Assembly: GCA_965603825.1 (NCBI GenBank)
Contig: CBFDEM010000041.1
Span: forward strand, 558,001-622,000
Length of the DNA: 64,000 nucleotides
DNA from: Blepharisma stoltei ATCC 30299
Taxonomy: Eukaryota; Protista; Ciliophora
Direction of reading: 5' to 3'
The notes below the pieces were generated by a model. That model was not told the origin of the DNA, did not search any database, and saw only the letters and a program-made list of their open reading frames with translations. Position numbers and translations under genes: made by a program. The stretch's first letter is position 1. Each line of letters opens with the position of its first letter. Below are positions 33,816 to 44,424 of the stretch, piece after piece.

Positions 33816-36122
33816 ATGGAAAAAGGATATGAAAAATTATCAAAAGTTCTAGGCTCAGACAAAAGTAATAAACTTGATTTTTTAGAAAAAATAATAGAAT
33901 GTGTCTTTCAAGACTATGACTGCCTCCCTGAAGAGTTTGAAGCTCAATTTTCAAAATCGGTAGTTTACCTCCTCTGCTGAATTTTGCTTCCAAGAATCGA
34001 CCCACCTCCATTACCCCAAGATTTATTAATCCTACGCTCTCAACTCGACATTGACACTTCTAGTTTATCTTCCATCTTATACAGCAAGCTGATAGAAACC
34101 TACAATAAGCCAGGCATACCAGAAACTTATAAAATTTTGCTTTACAATGACACACTTATTTCAATATCTTTACTGATCCCAAAATTTAACACAGAATTTT
34201 TATCTGTCCTTCTGGCTAGTGACTCTATTCCTCCTTTGCTATGAATTCTTACTTATACTCAGTATGCAAGCATTGCAATCCAATTGCTGCCAAGAGCTAT
34301 CATAAAGAAAGATGGAGTAAAAGAATTGATTAATTCCTTCGGCAAAGGTGACAATAAAGACAAGCTTAAAAATCTCGCTGTAAAAGTGCTGACTTCTCCG
34401 CCTAATAAATGAACAGAAATACCAAGAGACGAGTATGTAAGAAATATATGTGATCAAGCCGTAGACTTGATGATAAATCATAAGTGCGATGCATATGTAG
34501 ACTCTATATTAAGTGAAACTGCTAATATATTGCTAAATAATTATCCAGATGAAGTTCTAAACTTATTTTTGAGACATATAATGATAACTCCAGGAGAAAT
34601 TGAAAGCAAAATGATTTGTCTAGAATATTTGATGAAATATAACCCTCCTCATAGGCTTATATTATACCATGTATCTAATAACTTTGCGTTTTTTATGAAT
34701 GCTTATGAGTATCTTCAAGGCTATAAAGCATTATTGGTTAACTCAACAGTAAATTCTATTATGCTGCAATTTTTTAAGTATTGGCCTGAAGCCTCTCATC
34801 AGCTTTATGATTATGTGTCGCAGCCTGACCATTTATGATCATTTACTATCAATGATGACGGACAAGTCTTTGCTATAGATACTGCTCCAGATCCAATTGA
34901 AAAAATTGATTTTTACAATAAAATCACAAACTTGATTGAGCTACTCTCTTCTTCTCCTTTATCTGAAAAAGCTTGTGCAGACCTATTTTCAATGCTTCTC
35001 CAGCGTTTTAACGAGTCCTCACCTCTAGATTCTGTATATCTCATTGTATATATGGTTCAAAATTTAGGACAAGAAAGGCTGCTTATGCATCCTAAACATA
35101 TGAGCTTCTTTTTAACAAAAATGCTTGACTCCCAAGACCCAAGTATTCTTGAAATCACTTTGACAATCCTCTCAATGAGCTTAGCTGGCGTCTCTTTTTC
35201 CATTGAAGATAAATCCTTTTTAATCCAAATTTCTCCAAAAGTAATCGACCTTACAAGCCATCAAAACCTTGAAATAAAGCAGCTAGCTGGTGCTGTGAAT
35301 TCTATGATTTCTCAAGCGATTTCACAAAGCACTATAGAAGTCACAAAAGACGATAAATATGCAGACATATATAAAGATCTAAGCTCAAAAAAGCCATATG
35401 AAAGAGCATTAGGGTTATTCAGGATAAGCACACTAATAAAAAACCAAGAAATCGAAATCCCATGGAGTGCTATAGAAAATGCTATAGAAGACGAAGACAC
35501 TTTTGTGTTTGGGAACTTAGTTAAAGCTTATATGAGCTTGTTTACTGTAAAGAGAGAGCTCACATTGCAGAGGCTTAAAACTGTTTATCGCCAAGCTTCT
35601 GTTTTATCGAAAGAAAAAATTATGGAAATTATATATCAGTTGATAAGAATGATGCAGGATAAAACAATTTTGGTAGAGTCTAGCTTGTTTGTGTGGATGA
35701 TAAGTTTGTTTAGTACAGAAGAAGATGAAATGCTGAGAAATGGAATTATGAGTGTGATTGCTGAGCTTGTGAAGTATGGAAAAGGAGGGATAAGTGGGGG
35801 TTTTTCGTTTGTGATGAGATCTGCTCTGAATTCAGTGAAAATATCTTCTGCAAGGGTACAGTCAGCACAGCCTGTTGATGGTCTGCTAGTGTCTGCTTTA
35901 AAGCTGATTGCTAAAGCAGTTAAGCATGTTCCTATTGAAATTCTTCAGGATGATATCCAGGATATCCATGATTCAGTACACATTTTAGAACAATTTTATA
36001 AAAAAGACGATAATATCTCTATACTTATCAAATCTATACTTATAAAGCTAGAATCTTTATATTCAGAGCTGCTAGGAACGATAAACATTAAAAATGTTCC
36101 ATATGATTTTGGATTTAAATAA
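33816..36122 (+). CDS. TANGO6: TANGO6/RTP1-like HEAT-repeat protein, 768 aa
   Basis: One frame from the ATG at 33816 through four TGA=Trp codons. Motifs RKDGV..KVLTSPP..EYVRNICDQ and DL..KPYERALGL..DEDTFVF. Confidence 0.75.
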
Positions 36123-36189
36123 TTTTTGAAATATAATCTGAATAATTAAATTAAAATGTTTATGAGGTAATAATTTATTATTATTCAAG

Positions 36190-36435
36190 ATGCAAAAGAA
36201 CCTCAAGAATAAGCCAAAATTCAAAAAAGGCCACACTAAAGCTAAAAACACTCCAAAGATGAAGAAAAAAGATAAGGGGATGAGCTGGAAGGTTACTAAA
36301 GATATTGATAAGAAAATTGAGAAAGTTATGGCAGCCAGAGCTGAAAAATTCGATGAGAAGTTTGATTTAGTAAAAGCAGATGAAAGGCATCTTGATATTA
36401 AAGGCAAAAAGCATCCTAAGAAAAAAAAATCATAA
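36190..36435 (+). CDS. Small basic protein, C19orf53/UPF0390-like
   Basis: Lys-rich, 81 aa, containing VTKDIDKKIEKVMAARA. Confidence 0.65.
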   Translation: MQKNLKNKPKFKKGHTKAKNTPKMKKKDKGMSWKVTKDIDKKIEKVMAARAEKFDEKFDLVKADERHLDIKGKKHPKKKKS

Positions 36436-36762
36436 TCGAAATCCGAAATATTAAGATTTTAAAATCTTTCTTTCTAAAACTAAATTATATGAAGTAAGCT
36501 TTCTATTTATTCTATCGAAGATAAATGAATAAAAAAGCACAAATCCGATTTCTAATATTTATGTAAAAATTTTCCATGGCGTCGAATTGAATCGTTATTA
36601 CCTTTGGCGACGAAAAATGCTTTTATTTTTGCTTGTGCATATTTCTCAATACTTTTTCAGCATTTCTTCGGTAACCCTAAAAAATTTAAGACGCCTATTC
36701 TTTTCTTAGGCTTCCACAGCCTTGGTCAAAGAAAATGCGCGACTAGTTATCTCAATTATAAA

Positions 36763-37440
36763 ATGGAAGAAGAGACCACTAGCACAGATACTCTATCCGA
36801 AGGAACTGACATTCTCGACCCCAGAGTCTGCAAGAGCTTCTTTGCGGGTAACTGTGAAGCTGGCAAGTTATGTACTTTTAAACACACTTTTCCCATCCGT
36901 GAGGTCGTTTGCAAATATCATCTTCTCTACAAAAACTGCTCAAAGGGCTCTCTTTGTCCTTTTCTTCATGAAATCACTGAAGATAAAATTCCTGAGTGCC
37001 GCAACTTTATGATTGATGGAGAATGCAAGAACCCAGACTGTAAATTTAAACACAGTGCTGAAAGACGCGAGCAAAAAGAATGCATCTACTACAAGATGGG
37101 ATTCTGTGAGCAAGGCAAGTTCTGCAAATTCAAGCACATCAGAAGAGAAGTCTGTCTGCAGTATGCTGAAACTCAAGCCTGCATATTAGGTAACGCCTGC
37201 CCTAAGGAGCATATTGATTATATAGACGAAGCTTATTTGGAGGATGCCTTTTATAAATACCACCCAGACGCAAAAGACGTGAATTACCATCAGGCTTTTC
37301 AGCTCTGCTTTAGGTGCATGAAGTTTGGCCATATACCTGCTAAGTGTACGGAGCCAGTTGAGCAGAAAGTAAAAGGAGTGAGGTGTTATAGATGTTCTGA
37401 ATTTGGCCATAAATCCAATCAGTGCTTTTATCAGTATTAG
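36763..37440 (+). CDS. CPSF4: CPSF30/Yth1-like polyadenylation factor subunit
   Basis: Five tandem CCCH fingers and two CCHC knuckles; first ATG at 36763. Confidence 0.82.
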   Translation: MEEETTSTDTLSEGTDILDPRVCKSFFAGNCEAGKLCTFKHTFPIREVVCKYHLLYKNCSKGSLCPFLHEITEDKIPECRNFMIDGECKNPDCKFKHSAERREQKECIYYKMGFCEQGKFCKFKHIRREVCLQYAETQACILGNACPKEHIDYIDEAYLEDAFYKYHPDAKDVNYHQAFQLCFRCMKFGHIPAKCTEPVEQKVKGVRCYRCSEFGHKSNQCFYQY

Positions 37441-37522
37441 AGTGCTGAAAATCAGGCATGTTGTAAAAAATAAAATAAAATAAATTATAAACCTTCAGCG
37501 AAATTTATTTCTATATTAATAG

Positions 37523-39430
37523 TTAATTACTTTTAATGACTTCTTTTATAAGCTGCGCAATTAATTCGCTATTTTCTTCAGTAAAGCCAAGCCCTTCTAG
37601 GTCATCTAGCACAAATTTTGTATCAATTTCAATCTGCTTCATCATTTTTTCCTGGTCAGATTCTGCTGCATTAGGTGTATACTTGCTTAAAAGTTCCCCA
37701 GATTTTCTGATTTGTTGATAAGTCTCATTAACCAGCTCTAAATACCTAATCAAAATTTTTTCAACTACTCTTTGTTTAGACCCAGATTCAAGATTAATTT
37801 GTTTTAAAGGCTGCAAAAAGCTCCCTACAAAAGGAGATGGGTTAATAGGAGACGGCCTATTAGTCATTCTATATGATGCTGGAATCGACCTTATTGCTTC
37901 TAAATTAGATAAACATTGCCGGGTCAAAGCTTCAGCCAGACATCTCGTGCAAGGATCTAAAAGATTCTGCAAAAGGCTTTCTTTTTCTAATAAAACTTCT
38001 GCACCCATCTCAATTTCGCTAATCCTTTCCTTTAAAGTTTTTACTTCTTTTACTAATAAAACCAAAATATCAATCCCAACCCCTTGATTTTTGCTTTGAA
38101 AATTCAAATTTCTGGTAATAAAATTCACAAAAGTCGAGACTATTTGAAAAGAAAGCTTCATAAACCTCGCTTTTAAGTGCTCAATTTGCAGGGCTTTGTC
38201 CCAGCAGACTTTTAAAGCAGCTATATAAGCTTCGCTGGGGTTTTGTGATAGCAGGATTTCTAAAGACTCAGATTTTAAGAGCTTGCATAAAGGGCCAATG
38301 ATTTCTTTTTTTTTTAATTCGAAAAATGTGGGGAGGTTTAGTCTGTCTTTGAATTCTTGGTATTCTTGAGAGTCTTTAAATTGGGCTGGGTTTGGGAGAT
38401 GCGAGGCAAGATAGTCAATAAATTTCATTGTAACTGAGATAGATTGCAGATATTCTTGCTGAAAAGTTGGCAAGTAGACTGTTGGAATATTTGAAATGGA
38501 TTTAAAGACTGCACTCCATAGAGATTTCAGTAAAATATTGCAGATCGGGGCAGCACTGATGTAAAGGATTAATCTTCCATTTGAAAGTTCTTCTTGAATT
38601 AACTTGAAGTACAGGGTTAAATCTATTGTATCTTGGACTTTGGCGCCTGAAATTAAATCATTCAAAATAGGAAGCACTGATTTGTCTCTTAAAAGTACCT
38701 GTGCTTCTGATTCAAGATTAAGGTGTTTATAAGACCTAAGTAGGCATTTAAAATGCCGCTCTGCTTTTTTAGAGGTGCTTCAGGCTACTAATTCTCTTGA
38801 AAGTAGCAATAAAAAGTCAGACTTTAGCTGTGAATATAATGCGTTATAACCCCCTTTCAAAATTTCCCCAACACCTGCAAGCGCTCTACTAATCCTTTCA
38901 AATAAAGCTCCATGGTTCAAGCTAGTATCATTATTCATACATTCATTAGAAACCTGCCTTAAAGCAGGCAGCTTCGCCTCAACCTCAGACAAATTCATTT
39001 CAATTTTTTCAGATTCTCTTTTTTTCTTTAAATTCGCCTGCTCTTCATTGTCAATTTTTATAGCTTCAGCTGCTTTAGAAGCAGCATCACGGGCTCTTTG
39101 ATATATGAGATTGGTTTCTTCACAAAATTCTGAGGCTGATTTGTGCAAGACTTGGATTTCTTCTTCGAATTCAAGCAGCAGGTCAGGGATTTTTATGAGT
39201 TTGTCAAAATCCATTTGGATGTGGTGGGAAAGGGATTTTTGGGTTGAGTCTAAATAGGCTTTGAGGTCTTGTTTAAGGAGGCTAGCCGAATTAAATAAAT
39301 TGTGAGTTCTGCCTGCGAAGCAAGAGCTGAGGAAATCGTCGATATTTAGGTTGGATTCAGATATTAAGTGAAGAGGAAATTCAGAGCGAAGCTTTCGTTG
39401 GAGACTGTGAGCTAGTTCCTGGACTGACAT
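37523..39430 (-). CDS. COG2: Conserved oligomeric Golgi complex subunit 2
   Basis: LKQDLKAYL N-terminal motif, CLLRSY, IPASYRMTNRPSP..PSPFV..LQPL and DQEKMMKQIEID; TGA=Trp at 38780. Confidence 0.85.
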
Positions 39431-39813
39431 ATTAATTTCAATTAGTTTAGAAATATGTTTAATTACTAAGGAATTAGATGACTTAATATGAAATTTTTAA
39501 TAAAATAAAGATATTGCAAGCCATTCGATTTTACTATAAAAATATCTTTACCAATAAACTCTAAATTCTAAAGATCCTTATTTGTTATGGTCAATAAATT
39601 TTACTTAATTTATAATTTTTTTCTTCTTACTATCTAAATAAGGTATGAAATAAGAGCAATTACCGATTTTTTAATACCAATAAAAAGCCATTGGGATCTT
39701 CCATTATTTAAAACACACTTTGCATCAATAAAAGCTAGCCAAACCTAAATCACCTATTATTCTTTCATGCTAAAATCTTAATAAAGCGCACATTAACAAA
39801 CTATAGGCTAATA

Positions 39814-40179
39814 ATGAAAGTATTTTTATGTTGTATTAAGTTTCCCAAAAAGAAAGCAGAAAGCAAAGAGCCTACAAACAACGAATATCAAAACCTCTCA
39901 AACAGCTACTCAATTATATCAATAAAAAGTTCTGACGAAAAATCTATGGGCTCTTCCACTTTGTTAAAAGAAAAATGCAATATTGTTGTGGATGCTCCAA
40001 GTGCAGACGATACTAAAAATTATGAATATATTCAGAGAAAGCGGCCAAAAGCTTATAATTTATGCAACAACACTATAACTGTCAGACATATAAAGGATAA
40101 CAATGTAGGCTCGATGAAATATTCGCGTATTATCAGAATAAAGAAAAATCAAGCCACAGTCCCTCCTCCAAGCCTCTAG
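39814..40179 (+). CDS. Hypothetical protein, 121 aa
   Basis: ATG-to-TAG ORF with N-terminal FLCC. Confidence 0.5.
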   Translation: MKVFLCCIKFPKKKAESKEPTNNEYQNLSNSYSIISIKSSDEKSMGSSTLLKEKCNIVVDAPSADDTKNYEYIQRKRPKAYNLCNNTITVRHIKDNNVGSMKYSRIIRIKKNQATVPPPSL

Positions 40180-40308
40180 GTCAGGATTGTTTATAAACTA
40201 TTGCTTGCTTACAAAGTAATTTATATGTAATTCTAAGCAAACTTAACAATAAAAGGTGTTTTTTGTAATTTCACATAAAACAAAATTATTAAATATTTAT
40301 TAAAATAG

Positions 40309-41163
40309 TTATGGTTCTTTCGAAATCGACTCATTTGCTTTTTTCTTTGCCTTTGTGCGGTGCTTTTTACCTTTATGGTCTTTTTTCTTGCCACTTCTGC
40401 CTTCTTCCGGCAGCTGTGAATAGAACCCACTTGCATTCCTTCTTCTCTTAATATTATGCATCCCAACCCTATCCTTCTTGACTTCTTTTTTCTGCTTTTT
40501 TTGTTTTTTTACTTGTTTTTTTCTAGATTTTATATCAATTGCCAGCCTTTCAGGTGACAAAAATCTAAACCACTGCTGAGAAATATTATCAAGCCCAACT
40601 TCTGTAAACGCATATTGCCAATGAGGAAGTCCCAAATGCATGACCATAAGTCTAAAATAATCCGTAAAAGAATTCGCAATAAAAAACCAATCCCCTGATA
40701 AATCTTGAAAATAAATCTGAGGGTTAAAAACATTGTCTTTATACACAAGCCCCAGTCTGCCATCCTTTACATTTTTGTCTAAATCAAAGACTTTTATATC
40801 AGATAGGTCATTTTGGTCAGGGAAAGGTGGATCATCTCCAAGGCTACGTAGAATATATTGTTTCATAGGGAAAGGCTTGATATCATGCAGTTTATTTACA
40901 TGCATTTGTCCTAGCGGCTGAGTCTGCGAGTTCATTCTGATTTTCCATTGTAGCAGCAGTCCGTCTGAAATCTGCAAAAAACTTTTTATATCATCTGGCA
41001 ATGTATAGGGGGCGTTTTCTTCTTCCCAATTTGAAAGCAAAACTTCAGCAACGCCTTGCCGTTCATTAAATTCTACTTCAGTGACCCCTGGATGGTTTTC
41101 TAAGAAAGAGATGACGCTGTCGCTTATTTGTTCAAAAATCTCAAGGACGCTTTGCTTATTCAT
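40309..41163 (-). CDS. TPGS2: Tubulin polyglutamylase complex subunit 2
   Basis: PGV..V, WE....LPDDIKSF...DGLLLQW, F.DLS..W.FIA.SFTDYFRL...HLGLPHWQYAFT. Confidence 0.92.
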   Translation of the reverse strand: MNKQSVLEIFEQISDSVISFLENHPGVTEVEFNERQGVAEVLLSNWEEENAPYTLPDDIKSFLQISDGLLLQWKIRMNSQTQPLGQMHVNKLHDIKPFPMKQYILRSLGDDPPFPDQNDLSDIKVFDLDKNVKDGRLGLVYKDNVFNPQIYFQDLSGDWFFIANSFTDYFRLMVMHLGLPHWQYAFTEVGLDNISQQWFRFLSPERLAIDIKSRKKQVKKQKKQKKEVKKDRVGMHNIKRRRNASGFYSQLPEEGRSGKKKDHKGKKHRTKAKKKANESISKEP

Positions 41164-41223
41164 TTCTTAATATTAGGCGGGCCATGAATTTATATGAAAA
41201 TAACCAAAATATTTTATATATGA

Positions 41224-42219
41224 TTAGATTTGTAAGGTTTCAAGCTTTTCTATGATTTTTTCTGGCTCGGACTCTCTAAAGCTGTCTGAAGCTTTACAGC
41301 AGGCTTTATATTTTTTATTTGACCCACATCAGCATTTTTCGTTATTTGAGGGCAACTTAGCTGGCTTCATCCCTAAAGCTAAGCTTTTTTTGGATTTTTT
41401 TTCTTGCAGCTTTGGTGGCTCAGGCTCTTTTACTTCTTCTTTTGTTTCTTCTCTGGTAAACCCAAACTTTTTAGCTTGAGCCACATCATTGATTAAGCTT
41501 CCATGAAATTCATTAATAGCATCAATGCTGGGCGCCTCATGAAATCTCTCGATAAGGACTCTTTTGATTAAATTTTTATTTTCCTCATATAAAATTAAGG
41601 ATGCATACTCAACTGCATCATTTCAAGTTTCGTCCGTAGCTTGTTCAAGGCTTTTGACTGTTCTTAATACGTCTGGTATTGATCTAGCAGGTTCATGAGT
41701 ATCATCACCTATAAGTCTAACGCTATTATAATGGTCTCCGTCATGATATGACAAATGAATAGTTTTCACAGAATCATCATGATTTCGGACTTCCCAAATT
41801 GGCTGCCCTAGCATGTGGATTTTTATATTCACTGCCAAAGCTAGCGATAAAGCTTGAATTTCTAAATTTCCGCCCCACACAGAAAGTTTTCTCATATTAG
41901 CTATATATTCATCAAATTTTTTATCATCTTCTATAAAAGGCTCAAAGTCAGGGCGATTCTCAATCATAAATTCTACAGCCATATTTCGATAAATTTCATG
42001 AGCACTCTCTTCGCCAGTCAGCTGATCACTTATTGCTCTGAACAAGCAATTTCCGTCTCCTGTAATTTCTCTGATGTGTAGATTGAACGGCCTAAGCTGC
42101 TGTGACAGCTTAAAAAACTCAGTTTTCCAGGCAATTTGGTCAAGATTTCTTCTTCCTTTGTTTTTTTCTCGTTGCTTTTTATTAGGATTTCCTTTTTTCC
42201 CTTTGTTCTTTTTGCCCAT
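41224..42219 (-). CDS. OTU deubiquitinase, OTUD3-like, with a SEC-C motif, 331 aa
   Basis: GDGNCLFRA, WGG.LE and SYHDGDHYNSVR; NEKCWCGSNKKYKACC with W=TGA; ends LQI then TAA. Confidence 0.9.
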
Positions 42220-42272
42220 TATCTCCTTTTAAATGTTATATAACCCATAATAGTTCATAATTACATTTTAAA

Positions 42273-44363
42273 ATGAACCAAAAAGAAAACCTGTCTTCTT
42301 ACAAAGCTGACCTTTTCCAACTTTTCAAACAGCAAGGCATGGACAACGACTTAAAAGCCATTATGCGAGCCAAGCTTCTTACAAAGATAAAAGGTCAGCA
42401 CCAAGTGAAGCCTGACGACTTGAATACTCGTATATTATCAAGCCTTTTTCTGGACTTCTTAAAAGCTCAAGGCTTCCAATACACCACATCTGTTTTTGTC
42501 CCAGAATGTGGAAACTCAGACAGGATGCTTTCACAAGCTGAGATTGCCCAAGCCCTTGGCGTGCCTCTTCCTGATGCCGGGTCATTTCTTGAATATATTA
42601 TTGCACAGTTTAAAAAATCAGTGACTAAGCCTCATATGTTTGAAAGTGCAGCACAGACAGAAGATGATGCGGCTGTAAGCAATTTGGAAGAAAGATTGAG
42701 AAAGCTAGATATAGAATACATCCAAAAAACCAAAGTTTCAGATGACCCACAGACACTTGAAGAAAGAATGCTGAGGTATCAAAGGGAATGTGACACCCGC
42801 ATGAGAAATGACCTTGCCCAAGAAATTGCAAGGGTCAGAGAAATCGAAATCAGTGCTTTAAGAATAGAAGAAGCCAATAAATATAGGCAGCAGCTTCAAA
42901 AAATCAGAACTGAGCAAGAAGAGTACTGAAGACAGCAGTTAGAAGGCTTAAAAGAACGAGAAAGAGAAGCCAGAGAACGGCTTATGATAAGAGAAAAAGA
43001 AATTGAAGCCAAAGAATACGCTCAGAGGCAGCAGCTGCTAAAAGATATGGAAGCCCTAAAACAAAAGGAAAAAGACTTAAAACGTGCAGTTGAGCTTGAG
43101 CTTGAAGGTGCAAGACTGCAAAAACAGTCCTGGGAGCAAAAAAAGAACGAAAGTGAATCCAAGCTTAAAGAAATGGAGGCATTAAGGACCAACATGGTAA
43201 ATAAAGCTGAAGAAGACTTCTTCCACTATAAAAGAGAATATGAAAGAGAGCATGAAGAAGAACGAAGAAGACTTATCAATGAAAGAATGGAGCTAGAAGC
43301 GATGAGAAGAAGCCTAGATATGGACACTAGCAGGTCTAAAAATAATGAAGAAAAATGCATGAAGCTGGAAAATGATTTATCAGAAGCTTTAAGGCTTAAA
43401 ACATTATTCAAAGAAGAAAGGAAAAAATTTGAAAAGGAACTGGCTCAAACTAGAGAAGAGCTGAGAATTATGAATGAGACTGGCAGGAGAAATATGGATT
43501 TGCTGGTGCTGAAAGAAGAAGAATTAAAATCAGCAAGGGCTGACTGTGAGACTTATAAAAATTTGTTTTTGGAGCAGAGAGAGACAGTTAAGAAATACGA
43601 AAATTACCAGCAAGAAATAGTTAAAAAATTGACGAGGGAGGTAAATAATGTAAGAAGCTTGGGAAATGAGTATTTAAATGAGCTTGACCCAGGCGATGAA
43701 TATTTAGCAGAAAGAAGGCAAGCTTTTGAAGCACTTTCAAGAGAAACTGTAGAGTTAGGCAGGACAGCTACAGAGCTTCTCAGGCCGGCTCCTATGATGA
43801 GGTTTTCTGACCCTTTTTCGTCTATAAAAATCCCGGGCAGGGCTACTCTTCCTTCATATAGCCACTACTCCCCCAGGACTTCTCCTAACCGTCAAGACGA
43901 GATCCCAGAAGTCAGTTCTCGACGTGAAGAAGAGGCCAAGTCTAGCCGTTCCCCACCTCCAGTCAGACAGCGCACCCCTGAGCAGCAATCTCCTCCTCCA
44001 TACAGAGAGCCCCAAAGAACTCCTGAACAACAGACTCCTCCCAGATACCAAATGGCTTATGAAGAAGAAAAAAGCAGAAACAATCCAGCTACAAATACCC
44101 GCCCTCAAGCCCCTTACATAGAACGTGAGCCTTCAGAAGACATAGAAGAAAGCGGGCACATTTTTGAAAGCGGCTACGACTATAACGAGACTGAAGAAGA
44201 ACAAAAACTCCCAACTCCTCCCCCTGTAGACCTCACAAGAAGAGTAGAAGACTACGAAGTCAAACTTAAAGAGAGAGAAACGTTCTCCTTAAGGCTGTCT
44301 CACCAAGCCTCCCCTGAAGAAAGCCAGGAAAGCTCTAGCATCGATTCTGATCCAATAATATAA
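42273..44363 (+). CDS. OFD1: OFD1-like centriole/basal-body protein (LisH + coiled coil)
   Basis: LKAIMRAKL, LisH motif L..DFL...FQYTTSVF.PEC, REIE.SALRIEEA.KYR; TGA=Trp at 42927. Confidence 0.85.
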
Positions 44364-44424
44364 AAATATTTAAAAAATAGAATTTAATTAAAAATATTTT
44401 TAGAACAGTTTACATGTACAAAAA

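Noticed and set aside
36604-36762. TTG/GTG-initiated N-terminal extensions (36604, 11012, 32719)
   Set aside because: These are eukaryotic genes, and downstream ATGs in A-rich context are better starts.
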